The position numbers and the translations under genes were made by a program. Source: a virus. Taken from it: a stretch of DNA of 64,000 bases. Each line of letters begins with the position of its first letter. Positions within the stretch are counted from its first letter, which is position 1. This document shows, in pieces, positions 39,596-50,544 of the stretch. The notes beneath the pieces were generated by a model. That model was given only the letters and a program-made list of their open reading frames with translations, was not told the origin of the DNA and did not search any database. The stretch spans positions 1 to 64,000 of the IMG/VR virus record IMGVR_UViG_3300002498_000005. One strand, given 5' to 3'.

Positions 39596-39887
39596 TTCCT
39601 TACTGGAATACTGTGCTATCTCAGAAGGTTTTCGTATGCTCTAAGCGTTTTTATATCACTTTAGGTATAATCTATCCACCAGCACATTAAATTCAAAACA
39701 GGGGGTAAAAACTCTCAAAAACATATGCCTATATCAATACATGTAAATTTTAAAATTTAGATTAGGGAAACCTAGTCTTTTTTTTGTTGTCCCCCTGCCA
39801 AGTTCCTTACTGGAATATTGTGGCACTAGAGAAGGTTTTGGCATACTCTAAGACGTTTTATACCATTACTGGCACAATCTATCCACC
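39596..39887 (+). repeat. Diverged ~85-bp direct repeat (39596-39680 and 39803-39887)
   Basis: TTCCTTACTGGAATA..AGAAGGTTTT..CTCTAAG..AATCTATCCACC shared. Confidence 0.75.
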
Positions 39888-39918
39888 TAGGGGTAAAAAA
39901 TGAAAATAGATAATTTTA

Positions 39919-40602
39919 ATGGCTAAAAATGTAAAGTACCATACATATATGGTAAACTTGACAAAACTTCCCAATATGTGGTATAATAATGATATAAAGA
40001 ATGGCAGGAGGAACAACATCTTGAGTAGTAGTTATTCATACATATTAAAAAATTTTAAAGGTAAATATAATTTGTCAGTGCCATATGATTTAGAAAAAAA
40101 CGAGTTCCCCGTTGAGATAGATGGAGAATACAGCAATTATTATGACATACGGATAGACTGCCGTAAGGGTTTTATATATCATGCGGGGCAATCTACGTTG
40201 ATGGCATGTTTTGACACTATAAATTTACGGAATAGAGTGCTAAAACAATTAGACCCATCTATCATTATAGAGGCTGAAAAAAATTGGTATGATTTTTCGT
40301 TTGATGCGAAAGACATAGAGCCAGTGGCAAAAGCTATGCAAGCAAAGATATCACACAAAAATCGAAGTCCGTATAGCGTGAAGAATTTACCCCAATATGT
40401 TCCTAATAACGCATATTTATGCAAACAAGTTTCCAAGTTTATAATTGATAAATATGGGATAGGTCAATACAACAAGGTCATGCAAAAGTATTTCCGCAAA
40501 TATAAGATTAAGTATAAAAAAGAAGGTCGTCTAAAATATATTCACATTTTGGACAAGCATAATAAACTACAAGAGGTGCTCGATGACATCAATAAATTAT
40601 AA
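39919..40602 (+). CDS. Hypothetical protein (start likely TTG ~40021)
   Basis: AGGAGG before TTG; TTGACA/TATAAT just upstream. Confidence 0.6.
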   Translation: MAKNVKYHTYMVNLTKLPNMWYNNDIKNGRRNNILSSSYSYILKNFKGKYNLSVPYDLEKNEFPVEIDGEYSNYYDIRIDCRKGFIYHAGQSTLMACFDTINLRNRVLKQLDPSIIIEAEKNWYDFSFDAKDIEPVAKAMQAKISHKNRSPYSVKNLPQYVPNNAYLCKQVSKFIIDKYGIGQYNKVMQKYFRKYKIKYKKEGRLKYIHILDKHNKLQEVLDDINKL

Positions 40603-41716
40603 TATCAAAACTGTAGAGGCGCGCATTAGAAGGGTTAATAAAATATTAGAAGAAAATGAAGATAGCATACAGAGATATTTTGATAATGTGTTTCTTAATA
40701 AAGCGACTAAAATCCCATATCATTATTTATTGAATCAATTATCAAATTATATTTTATATGACAAGCCATCCTCTCCATACAAAAAAGAGATGCAAGACAA
40801 ATTTGAAAATTCAGCACTTGGATTGCACGGAGATGGAGAACCATATTATTTAAAAGATAAAATAACAATTGAGGAAAAAGATTTGGACATTCCAGAGATA
40901 AAAGAGAAGCAAGACCTAATAAATGCCCTAAAAACACAAAAAAAATGGGCAAAAGAGGCTAAATATGACCAAATATTGATAAAAGAGAGCAAATTACCCC
41001 CATTGCGGGCACATTCTATCTGCTGTGTGCCACAATATGAGCAAATTTTTGAGTTTGAGGAAGAAGATCAGCAATCATATTATTGCCAAGAAAATGAAGA
41101 TGTGGATATATTTGAAATTGATACTACAAATAATCCTCTCAATTTAGACTTATTTGACGAGGATAATTGGAATAAGATTATTTTAAGAGTTCTGCCGTAC
41201 CAAAATCAAGTTGGCAGTAGAGTGGACAAGCTGGTGACAATTTTTAATAAAGTATATCCGCTTTGTGAATTTCGGAAAGTTGAAAGAGATATAATACGGA
41301 TTTTCCAAGAGTCTAAAAAGAAAGATTATGGATATGAAATTGTCAAAAATATTGATGTATCCAAAAAACTTGGCATAGACCAAAATGCGGTCAGTCGCAA
41401 CATCCAATCGATTTGCAAAAAGCTTTGCGATGCCTATGAGGAATTATTTACTGATTATTATTACACATTTTTAGTTAAAGGCACTTATAAAAAATGCTCA
41501 AAATGTGGAGAAAACAAAATTATTCAAAAATATCATAAGAATAGCAATTCGGCAGATGGTCGTAAATCTATTTGTACAGATTGCTTAAAGGCAATGTACA
41601 AAGTGTGTAATATATGCGAAGAAAATTTAAACATTGATGAATTTGCTTTAGATAAAAACACAAAAGATGGGCACAAAAGTTACTGTAAAACCTGTGACGC
41701 AAACCGTAAAAAATAA
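40583..41716 (+). CDS. HTH (sigma region-4-like) plus tandem zinc-finger protein
   Basis: IDVSKKLGIDQNAVSRNIQ; CSKC, CTDC, CNIC, CKTC. Confidence 0.6.
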   Translation: MTSINYNIKTVEARIRRVNKILEENEDSIQRYFDNVFLNKATKIPYHYLLNQLSNYILYDKPSSPYKKEMQDKFENSALGLHGDGEPYYLKDKITIEEKDLDIPEIKEKQDLINALKTQKKWAKEAKYDQILIKESKLPPLRAHSICCVPQYEQIFEFEEEDQQSYYCQENEDVDIFEIDTTNNPLNLDLFDEDNWNKIILRVLPYQNQVGSRVDKLVTIFNKVYPLCEFRKVERDIIRIFQESKKKDYGYEIVKNIDVSKKLGIDQNAVSRNIQSICKKLCDAYEELFTDYYYTFLVKGTYKKCSKCGENKIIQKYHKNSNSADGRKSICTDCLKAMYKVCNICEENLNIDEFALDKNTKDGHKSYCKTCDANRKK

Positions 41717-41828
41717 AACCATTTGCGGAAAATGCCAAAATTTAGGTGCAGTTTTTGGGAGTTATATCGGAGTAAAAAATGGGCTGTTCTAAAAGTACGG
41801 ATTTTTTGCTTCAAAACCACATATATAA

Positions 41829-42143
41829 GTGAGGAAGTATTTTATGAATAAAATTAATGCGAGTGAATTTTGCAAATTATTGTCTCCGCATACAAGAGGA
41901 CAAGTTAACGCAAAACAATGGAAAGATTTACTAAAGATATTGCAAATGGAAATTGGAAAACAATTAAATCAAAATGATTGCGAAATACACTTACCGTTTG
42001 GAACGTTTTCAAAAATAGAGAATAAACAACAATTTATAAAAAAATCAATTAATGGCGTAGAGAATGTGCCGATTAAAAATAAATATCAAGCAAGGTGCTC
42101 TTGCAATCAACTAAAGGAGTTAGTTAATGACGGAGAAAATTGA
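41829..42143 (+). CDS. Divergent HU/IHF-like DNA-binding protein
   Basis: EIHLPFGTFS motif, size and position. Confidence 0.5.
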   Translation: MRKYFMNKINASEFCKLLSPHTRGQVNAKQWKDLLKILQMEIGKQLNQNDCEIHLPFGTFSKIENKQQFIKKSINGVENVPIKNKYQARCSCNQLKELVNDGEN

Positions 42144-43374
42144 ACAAAAGAAATACGTTATACAACTAAAAATAAATGAAAATCTTGATTATAGAGAAAC
42201 GGCAATCCGTGCAAATAAAAATTTTAATACAGATTATTGGGACGGCGAAAGAGTCAGAGATGTAATGCGTAAGTTTCGTAGGAAAGAAAATGAAAAACGA
42301 ATAGGTGTATCAGAAGGAAATTGTGAATCAAATCTACAATCAAAAGAAGATAGTAAATATAAATTACAAGAAGATAAAATCAATCAAAAAATACAAGAGC
42401 TGCAAAAAGAACGTATTAGAGTTCAAACCGAAAAAATTGAATTAAATAACTTATTGCGGCAACAAGTTAGAGCTGATATGACTGAAGATAAAATAGTCGA
42501 TGCGTTAAAAAATAAGCTAAAAGATATATACGTCTCAAACATCAAACCTATTCAAAGAAAAAAGAATGACATATCTACATTGGTTGCTTTAGCAGATATG
42601 CATTATGGTGTTGAATTTGAGATATTAGATTTAATTGGTAATGTTTTAAATAAGTATAGTCCTGAAATTTTTGAGCAGAGAATGTGGACAATCTTAAATG
42701 ATATTGTTATATATGCTAACAAAAATAACATAAATGAAGTAACAATTCTTAACCTCGGTGATGAGCTGGAGGGAATAATCCACGTTAGTCAATTAATGAG
42801 TTTACGATATGGGGCAATTGAATCGGTGATTCTTTTATCTGATTTTTTAGTTAAATGGATATTAACTTTAGCTCAATATCTAAGAGTAAATTATAAACAA
42901 GTTCAGGGAAACCACACAGAATCCAGAATTCTAACTGGAAAGAAGGGGGACTTCCCTCATGAAAATCTTTCTAAAATAATTATTTGGCATTTACGCTCCG
43001 TAATGGAGAGCAAAAATGTACCTAACATAAGTATACAAGAATATAATGCTGAAGGCAATGTTTATTTTAATTTAAGTGGATACGATATATTAGCCGTTCA
43101 CGGGCACAACGAAAGTAATAATTTAATTAAATCATTAAATGACTATACTATGCTTTATAATAAAAATAATATTGATTATTTAATGGCAGGACATTTACAT
43201 ATGGGGTTATCCGCAGACGCTTGTAAGGATAAAGAAGTCGTGCGCTTCCCTTCAATAATGGGCGGCAATGAGTATTCTTTAAGTATTAAAAAAATGTCCA
43301 ATGCTGGTACTAAAATTATATTATTTGAAAAAGATAAGGGCATTACCGACGAGCATCGAATTTTGCTAAAATAA
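42127..43374 (+). CDS. Calcineurin-like metallophosphoesterase
   Basis: ADMHYG, NLGD, GNH, HGH, GHLH. Confidence 0.85.
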   Translation: MTEKIEQKKYVIQLKINENLDYRETAIRANKNFNTDYWDGERVRDVMRKFRRKENEKRIGVSEGNCESNLQSKEDSKYKLQEDKINQKIQELQKERIRVQTEKIELNNLLRQQVRADMTEDKIVDALKNKLKDIYVSNIKPIQRKKNDISTLVALADMHYGVEFEILDLIGNVLNKYSPEIFEQRMWTILNDIVIYANKNNINEVTILNLGDELEGIIHVSQLMSLRYGAIESVILLSDFLVKWILTLAQYLRVNYKQVQGNHTESRILTGKKGDFPHENLSKIIIWHLRSVMESKNVPNISIQEYNAEGNVYFNLSGYDILAVHGHNESNNLIKSLNDYTMLYNKNNIDYLMAGHLHMGLSADACKDKEVVRFPSIMGGNEYSLSIKKMSNAGTKIILFEKDKGITDEHRILLK

Positions 43375-43429
43375 GAATCGAGTAAAAACTCAAAAAAAGA
43401 GTTATTAGGTATAAAATCTCAACAAAAAA

Positions 43430-43593
43430 TATGTGATGGCGGAATCTATATAATAACCGATGTAAGCGGTTTGTACTTACTGAAAGGGCTTTTATGTAAA
43501 GACGCATCAAGTACGGTATGACATCGGGCGCACGGTGAGATTACTTTAGCAAAAATCATACCTTCCCATGGTGTAAGTCCATGGGTCACATAT
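43430..43593 (+). ncRNA. Second tRNA-framed structured RNA with large insertions
   Basis: TATGTGA/TCACATA stem, TGGCGGAAT...AGACGC, CCATGG-TGTAAGT-CCATGG arm. Confidence 0.5.
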
Positions 43594-43845
43594 TTATTTT
43601 ATTAAAGCAAATGTTTACCGCTTGCCGATGGCACGGAATATAAATGATTCGGTTTGCAAATTATTAAAGCGGTTGACGTTCTAGTAACCAGACCGCTAAA
43701 TTACCTTGTTGGTAAATTATTAGAAACAAACTAATCCAACTAAAGAAAACGAGAAGACGGTCACATAAACAGTGATTTTTGTTTGTTAGTATTCACTTAC
43801 CAATTCTCCACATCTTAATTTTGAAGGCTTTATAAGATGTAACAT

Positions 43846-43920
43846 GCTGAAGTAGCTCAATGGTAGAGCCACTGATTTGTAATCAGTAGGTTAAGAGTCC
43901 GAATCTCTTCTTTAGCTCCA
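43846..43920 (+). tRNA. tRNA-Thr(TGT)
   Basis: Cloverleaf, ACTGA-TTTGTAA-TCAGT anticodon arm, encoded CCA; T-loop TCCGAAT is atypical. Confidence 0.9.
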
Positions 43921-44097
43921 ACTGTAGGCGTAACGCCGATTGCCTCCTCTTATGAGGAGTATCCTACTAGTGGTGCCCCGCTACCAATAAGTGCGGATTA
44001 TAGATGTCAAAAATAGGTTAATAAATATTAGCCTTCACTTTATGGAGAGGCTAAATACCTCTCTTGTAAGGTGTAAATTATTGATTGGAGCGAATAA

Positions 44098-44271
44098 ATG
44101 ATACAAGCAGTAGTAGTGTTAATATGTTGTACAGCAATATTGCTAATCAACTTTGATCAAAATAGAACTATTAGGGAATATGAGGACATTATCGGAGAGT
44201 TAATAGGAGAAAACGAAGCACTGGTTAGTTTATACAATGAAAAAATCAAAGAAACTTTACATAAAGAATAA
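44098..44271 (+). CDS. Small membrane-anchored protein (57 aa, not in ORF track)
   Basis: GGAG RBS; MIQAVVVLICC.. hydrophobic N-terminus. Confidence 0.5.
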   Translation: MIQAVVVLICCTAILLINFDQNRTIREYEDIIGELIGENEALVSLYNEKIKETLHKE

Positions 44272-44339
44272 AACTATAAAATAGCTGCCAATATGATATG
44301 TGCAGCTATTTTCTTTATTATAGGATAAGGGCGTTGATA

Positions 44340-44825
44340 ATGAACATACTCTCACTTGACCAAGCCAGCGTAATTTCAGGTTATGCAATATTTGATCTTG
44401 GGGGGCGAATAGTTGCTTACGGCATTATAGATCTTTCGAAATTGCCTAAGTCGACACAGCAAGATCAAGCAAATAAAAGGAATGTTTTAATTAATAATAT
44501 ACACGATTTAGTGCAGAAATATGATATACAACAAATTATCACAGAGGGAATTTATTACCATTCAAACCAGTCTACATACGAAAAACTTGCAAAGGTTCAG
44601 GGGTGTGTGCAAGATTATGCTGTGCGTAAAAATCTGGTTTGTTTTTCTTGGGCTAATGCGGGTGAGTGGCGCAAATGGATTTCAATAACAGGGAAAAAAC
44701 GAGAAGATTATAAGGCGGCAACAAAAAGATATGTAATTGAAAATTTTGATGTGCCAGACGATTTAGTGGAAGATATCTACGACGCGATAGGGATATGTAG
44801 TGCGTATTTTGTGATGCTAAAGTGA
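44340..44825 (+). CDS. RuvC-like Holliday junction resolvase
   Basis: ILSLDQA..GYAIF, IITEG, DIYDAIGI. Confidence 0.8.
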   Translation: MNILSLDQASVISGYAIFDLGGRIVAYGIIDLSKLPKSTQQDQANKRNVLINNIHDLVQKYDIQQIITEGIYYHSNQSTYEKLAKVQGCVQDYAVRKNLVCFSWANAGEWRKWISITGKKREDYKAATKRYVIENFDVPDDLVEDIYDAIGICSAYFVMLK

Positions 44826-44844
44826 CAGGAAGTGAATAAAAGGA

Positions 44845-45837
44845 ATGGTCAAAAACGAACAACATAGATGTATTTGGTGTGGAAAAATATTAACTGATAA
44901 AAATACCTATGTTTCTAGGTCAAGAACAAGCTTTGAAGGGCGCACAATTTTTTGCAAGGACTGTATGACAGAAACATATAAAGAATATTATAACAAATTT
45001 GGGAATGTCAAAAAGGCAATATGGCACAATTGTAGGAAATTCGACGTTCCTTTTATTGATGATAGATATTCAATGGTTGAGACACAACTTAACGATAAGG
45101 AATATGTAAGCGAAAAAGCTTTTGGCGTTTATATGCAAAAGCTTTATTCATTTAAGCCCGTAGATGGAGACCCATCTTGTTTTGAAGATGGAAATATTAA
45201 TATTAAATTTTCTCAGGATGAAAATCTTGATAGCGAAACAGAAAAAAGCCTTGTTGATAAATGGGGCAACTATTCCTCAAGAGAACTTAATTCTTTTGAA
45301 AAAAAATATAACGCACTTAAAAATAACTATCCTGAAAAAACCGCCCTACACACTGAGGCTTTGATGAATTATGTTCGTTATCGCTGTAAGGAAGAATTGG
45401 CTACCTCTGATGGTGAAGTCAAAGAAGCGGAATCATGGTCAAAAATGGCTGCTAAGGCTGCTACGGACGCGAAAATTAATCCTTCACAATTATCTGCCGC
45501 AGACTTACAGGGTGGGCTAAATAGTTTTAGTGAGATAACAAAAATTGCAGAAGAAGAATCTGATATTATAAAAAAACTACCTCAGTTTACGTATAGACCT
45601 AATGATTCTGCTGATTTTATTATGTGGTGCATTATAAATTATATGCGTAAAGCCAAGGGGCAAGAAGAAGTAGATTATCATAGTATCTACGCTTTTTATG
45701 ATCGTAGAAGAGATGAATATATAGAACAATATGGCGATCCTTATGAAATCTTTAAAGATGACCCTACCATTGGCAATAGGGATAAGATAGATAAGTTTAT
45801 TAAAACGTCATATGGCGACGGTGATAAGAATGGCTAG
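44845..45837 (+). CDS. Zinc-finger protein upstream of terminase (possible small terminase)
   Basis: CIWCG..CKDC; position. Confidence 0.5.
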   Translation: MVKNEQHRCIWCGKILTDKNTYVSRSRTSFEGRTIFCKDCMTETYKEYYNKFGNVKKAIWHNCRKFDVPFIDDRYSMVETQLNDKEYVSEKAFGVYMQKLYSFKPVDGDPSCFEDGNINIKFSQDENLDSETEKSLVDKWGNYSSRELNSFEKKYNALKNNYPEKTALHTEALMNYVRYRCKEELATSDGEVKEAESWSKMAAKAATDAKINPSQLSAADLQGGLNSFSEITKIAEEESDIIKKLPQFTYRPNDSADFIMWCIINYMRKAKGQEEVDYHSIYAFYDRRRDEYIEQYGDPYEIFKDDPTIGNRDKIDKFIKTSYGDGDKNG

Positions 45838-47551
45838 TTTTAAGAACTTCCAATCAGATAATTTCAAATATGGAGCCGATAATAGAAGTGTTTATAATCC
45901 AATATTAAGCCCAACCATCTCGGCATTGAGCGAAACGGACAAAGAGATTATAAATTCTAGTAAAGAAAATTATTATAGGTTTGTTAGTTGGGCAAGGTGG
46001 TACCCCGATTTATTTTTAGATTTAATTAAACCAAAAACGGGTGGAATTAATTTACATTTAGATCAAAGAATTTTAATGCGTTCAATTGTACGTTTCCCTA
46101 GTACGTCTGGAGTATTTTCAAGAGGATTTGGTAAAACCTTTGATGAGGTAGCATGTATGCATCTCGTCGGTATATTTTATCCCAGCATTGATTTAGCTTT
46201 GACCGCCCAAACAAAAGCCAACGCTTCTGAACTTTTAAAAGATAAACATAATGAATTAATGAAGTTTTATCCAATTTTAAAGAATGAAATTGTAAGTGTA
46301 AAATTTTCAAAAGATGACGCCGAAATTAATTTTCTTTCTGGAAGTAGGATTGACATACTAGCCAATGCAAAATCAAGCCTCGGTCAGAGAAGAAAAAGAA
46401 TTAATGTTGAGGAATCAAATATCGTAGATCATGATTTGTTTGATAATGTAATCGCTCCAATTGTTGAAGTTCCGCGGCTTACATTTGGTAAGCTTGGGAT
46501 TGTTGATCCAGAGGAATTAAATCAGCAAATCAACTTTTTCACAACTTCTGGGTTTCGTGGTTCGGATGAACATGCTAGGGTGTGTGAAATGATTGATAAT
46601 ATGATGGATTTAAAAGGCGATATGGTATTGGGGAGTAGTTGGAGGTTGCCATGTTGGTATGGTCGTGGCTCTACTAAATCACAAGTTCTTGAAAAGAAGA
46701 AAAAAATGTCATCTGTTTCATTTGCACAAAACTATGAAAGTGACTGGGTCGGGAATGTTGATGGAGCTTTAGTTGGAATTAATAAGGTCTTAAAACTGCG
46801 TAATTTGACAGAAGTAAAAACCAAGGCAGACAAAGCCTTTGACTATATTTTAGGAGTTGACGTAGCTCGTTCTCAAAGTAGCACTAATAATCAATCTTCA
46901 GTTGCAGTAATTGAAATTCATAGAAATTCTAACGGGAAGATTATTAATTTAAATTTAGTTAACCTATTTACGATTTCCAATTCTCTGAATTTTACTGCAC
47001 AAGCAATTGAGGTAAAAAAAATAAAGAGAGCATTTAATGCTAAAGTGGTTTGCATTGATGTAAATGGACTTGGAGTTGGACTTTCAGATGAATTGCTCAA
47101 AGAAACTTTTGACCCTAATACTGGCGAGAATTTAGGTTGTTGGAAAACACTTAATACCGATAAAGTTCCAGAGGTTCAAAATGCAGAACGATGTTTATAC
47201 GAATTAACTCCACAATCAGAACGTACAAATTCGATTACTAATTTTATTAGTGTGGTTGATTCTGGTATCTTAAGATTGCTTGAAAAGCGTAATGACATAT
47301 ATGATTCAGATAATAATGATAATTATGTAGACAATATATTACCATTTTTACAAACAGATTTTTTAGTAGAAGAAATAGCAAATTTACAATTAGAAACTTT
47401 ATCTACTGGCAAACTCAAAGTCAAACAGACGAGTAAGAAATATGATAAAGATAGATATTCTGCCGTTGAATATGCTACTTGGTATGCTATGACATTTGAA
47501 AACCGCGATAGCGGTATTAACTTTAATTGGAATGAATTTTGTCATTTTTAA
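45830..47551 (+). CDS. Terminase large subunit
   Basis: SRGFGKT Walker A, INVEE Walker B, GVDVARS, IDVNGLG, KDRYSA. Confidence 0.92.
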   Translation: MASFKNFQSDNFKYGADNRSVYNPILSPTISALSETDKEIINSSKENYYRFVSWARWYPDLFLDLIKPKTGGINLHLDQRILMRSIVRFPSTSGVFSRGFGKTFDEVACMHLVGIFYPSIDLALTAQTKANASELLKDKHNELMKFYPILKNEIVSVKFSKDDAEINFLSGSRIDILANAKSSLGQRRKRINVEESNIVDHDLFDNVIAPIVEVPRLTFGKLGIVDPEELNQQINFFTTSGFRGSDEHARVCEMIDNMMDLKGDMVLGSSWRLPCWYGRGSTKSQVLEKKKKMSSVSFAQNYESDWVGNVDGALVGINKVLKLRNLTEVKTKADKAFDYILGVDVARSQSSTNNQSSVAVIEIHRNSNGKIINLNLVNLFTISNSLNFTAQAIEVKKIKRAFNAKVVCIDVNGLGVGLSDELLKETFDPNTGENLGCWKTLNTDKVPEVQNAERCLYELTPQSERTNSITNFISVVDSGILRLLEKRNDIYDSDNNDNYVDNILPFLQTDFLVEEIANLQLETLSTGKLKVKQTSKKYDKDRYSAVEYATWYAMTFENRDSGINFNWNEFCHF

Positions 47552-47566
47552 TTGGGAGGTGAACAA

Positions 47567-48994
47567 ATGAGCGAAATAATCGATGAGACTAATGAAATAA
47601 ACAATAAGCCTAAAGAATTTTTTGTACCACGAAATATAATGAAAACTAATATCAAACCTATGTGGGCAATGACGTATACTAAGGCTTTGGCACAAACTTA
47701 TTCTGAAGCTCAAATTCTTGAGTTTTTAAAAGACCCTAGAACTAATTATAAAAAATTACAGGGGGTCTCAGAGTATTTATATAATACAAGTAAGCTATAT
47801 CAAAACTTTTTATATTACCTATCAACAGTAATGACGTTTGATTATATCATATTCCCCACCGAGATAGATAATATAAAAGAAAAAACATTGTGGTCGAGAC
47901 TTGAGACTTCTGCAATGAGAGTCTATAACATTCAGCCTGAGTATAATTTTCCCCATATGCTAATGCGTACATTACTTAATGGCGAATCGTATTGGTATAA
48001 CATTTCTACTGATAATGCTGAAATTTTTTCCGAAGTTCCAAGTAAATATTGCCAAGCGGCTGGATTTGATAATAATAATTTGTGGAGATATTGGGTTAAC
48101 TTAACTTTAATTGATCCTAATATGCTTAATGAATTACCGCTAGAAATTCAGGATGCTTACAACAAATATAATAAAAAGAAAATTAAAACCGAAGATGATA
48201 ATTTTTATCTTGTAAGTGATCGCGGTTTTGCAATGTTCTGTCATGGGACAAGCGAGACGCATGATTATCCATATTTTTCTTCTATGTTTATTGATTTAAC
48301 TAGACTTGAGGGCGATAAAGATTATTTTAATAACTTTATCAAAGCAGATAATATTAAATTAATTCACTGTAAGGTGCCGATAGACGAGAAGTCTGGAATG
48401 CCACTAATGGAAAAAGGTGTTATCCAAGATTACCACGATTCTCTAAAAGAACATTTGCCAGAGAATGTTGCACCTATTACTAACCCATTTGAAACAGAGG
48501 GTATTAATTTAGATAGCGCTCAAAAAACGGGCATTAATATTGTTGAAGTCGCCAAAAAGAACGTACAGGACGATAGCGGAATATCTGATTCTATGTTTGC
48601 CGCAGATACAACAATGGGGTTAAAATATTCTACACTTGCTGACTCTGCGAACATGTATCCTTTACTTGCTTACTTTGAAAACTACGTAAATTTTAAACTT
48701 AAAGACCAAAAGTTTAAATGTAAATTCTTGCGAATTAATCATTATGATAAATTAGAATGGAATAAATCATTTGCAAGCGGTATGTCAATGTCTGGGGATA
48801 ACAGAAGTAAGTATATTGCTACTTCACAAACTGGCTTATATGAGTTTATTATGACTGCAAAAATGGAAAAAGCCATTGATATTGACTCGTTAATGCCAAT
48901 AAAAGAAAGTGCATTTACACAGTCTGGCGATGCTGGAAGACCAGAGACCACAGAGCCAACTCCATCAACAGAGGAGGTAAATAAAACAAAATGA
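47567..48994 (+). CDS. Portal protein
   Basis: Follows terminase; ~475 aa; C-terminal GRP motif. Confidence 0.8.
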   Translation: MSEIIDETNEINNKPKEFFVPRNIMKTNIKPMWAMTYTKALAQTYSEAQILEFLKDPRTNYKKLQGVSEYLYNTSKLYQNFLYYLSTVMTFDYIIFPTEIDNIKEKTLWSRLETSAMRVYNIQPEYNFPHMLMRTLLNGESYWYNISTDNAEIFSEVPSKYCQAAGFDNNNLWRYWVNLTLIDPNMLNELPLEIQDAYNKYNKKKIKTEDDNFYLVSDRGFAMFCHGTSETHDYPYFSSMFIDLTRLEGDKDYFNNFIKADNIKLIHCKVPIDEKSGMPLMEKGVIQDYHDSLKEHLPENVAPITNPFETEGINLDSAQKTGINIVEVAKKNVQDDSGISDSMFAADTTMGLKYSTLADSANMYPLLAYFENYVNFKLKDQKFKCKFLRINHYDKLEWNKSFASGMSMSGDNRSKYIATSQTGLYEFIMTAKMEKAIDIDSLMPIKESAFTQSGDAGRPETTEPTPSTEEVNKTK

Positions 48995-49173
48995 AATTGA
49001 TATATGTAATTGATGAAAGTTACAAAGATGAATTACTATCCAAGGGTTTTAAGTTTATTCAAAAAACAGAAATAGATAAGGAGACTTGTTGGGTCTTAAA
49101 ATCAAAAAATAAATTTGATTTTTCTACTCTTGATAGTAGCAAATATTTTTGTAACAACAAATTATTCTTATGA
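48991..49173 (+). CDS. Small hypothetical protein
   Basis: GGAGG RBS. Confidence 0.6.
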   Translation: MKLIYVIDESYKDELLSKGFKFIQKTEIDKETCWVLKSKNKFDFSTLDSSKYFCNNKLFL

Positions 49174-49185
49174 TATAGAAAGGAG

Positions 49186-50544
49186 GTGAAATTATTGAAG
49201 GATAGAATAAAATTTGAGGCAAATATAGATACCAAATCTTTTGAAGTTTTAAACTCCGAATTTACAAAAGCTAAATGTTATATTTTATATACGGGGCTGA
49301 ATCGTAATGGCAGTTTAATGAGCAAGGAAACCGTTGAGGCTTCGCTAAAATCAATTTATAATATTCCAGTTATTGCTGAATTTGTTAATAAAGATGATGG
49401 GGAAAAAGATTTTGGAACTCACGGCGGGCGGATAATTATTGATGGCTCTGGCGTTAAATATGAGCAAACTACTGTTCCATATGGTGTTGTGCCTGAATCG
49501 TCTAATCCTCGCTGGGAAATGGTTGAAGATAAAGAATATCTTGTATGTGAGATTATATTATGGTCTGGGCGTTATGATGACTTAGATGTATTTCTTGCTG
49601 ACGGGGTTCGTCCACAGAGCATGGAAATTTCTCCACTTGAGTTCGAAGAAAAAGATAATATATTTGAAATAACATCTTTTGAATTTTCTGCTTTGACAAT
49701 TCTTGGTTCAGATATTGAACCCTGTTTTGAAGAAGCAAAAATAGAAACTTATGAATGCGATACGTTTAAAAAACAGTATGAAGAGATGGTAGACAAATTT
49801 ACTCAGTATATAAGTTCTTTAAACGAAGAAGACATACCTAAAGTAGAAGAAACATTCTCTCTTACCATGAAAGAAAAGCTTAATTTATTACAGAATTCTA
49901 TTGAAGATGAGCGTATAGCGGATGAGGATGACAACACAATTAATTATACGTCTTATTGGGTAATGGACTTTGACGATAATTATGTTTATATCAATATCTA
50001 TGGCTGGTCAAATGATGGTTCTAATAAAGATTATTATGTTCGCGGGGCTTATATTATAGATGAAAAGAATAGTTCTGCAATAATTAATAAAGAATCTTTT
50101 GAAGAAATAATTAATAAATGGGTTACTTTAATTGAGGCAAATACAATAGATTCTGAACGTGAAACAATGGAGTTAGAATTTAATCAATTAAAAGATGATT
50201 ATAATCATCTCCAAAACGAAAATCAACTTCTTCAAAATTTCAAAGAAAATGTGGAAAAAGATGAAAGAAAAATCGAAATAAAAACAGTTTTAGATGAATT
50301 TTCTTTTGATCTTGAAAATTCTGAAGATTATAAAAATTTCCGAGATGAGGCATTAGAAAAAGAATTATCTGATGACGAAATTCGTAAAGAATGCTTTTCA
50401 ATTTTAGGGAAATTCAAATTTGAACAAAAACCTAAAAAAGATAAAGAAAAACCTTTGGCAACTTTTGTTAGTACCAGCTCAATAACAGATAAGGCTGGGG
50501 AAAGATATGGTTCCGCTACTCGGTTTTTCACACCAAAAAAATAA
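49186..50544 (+). CDS. Prohead protease/scaffold protein
   Basis: NRNGS, QSMEI, ILG..PCFE, acidic coiled-coil C-terminus. Confidence 0.75.
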   Translation: MKLLKDRIKFEANIDTKSFEVLNSEFTKAKCYILYTGLNRNGSLMSKETVEASLKSIYNIPVIAEFVNKDDGEKDFGTHGGRIIIDGSGVKYEQTTVPYGVVPESSNPRWEMVEDKEYLVCEIILWSGRYDDLDVFLADGVRPQSMEISPLEFEEKDNIFEITSFEFSALTILGSDIEPCFEEAKIETYECDTFKKQYEEMVDKFTQYISSLNEEDIPKVEETFSLTMKEKLNLLQNSIEDERIADEDDNTINYTSYWVMDFDDNYVYINIYGWSNDGSNKDYYVRGAYIIDEKNSSAIINKESFEEIINKWVTLIEANTIDSERETMELEFNQLKDDYNHLQNENQLLQNFKENVEKDERKIEIKTVLDEFSFDLENSEDYKNFRDEALEKELSDDEIRKECFSILGKFKFEQKPKKDKEKPLATFVSTSSITDKAGERYGSATRFFTPKK

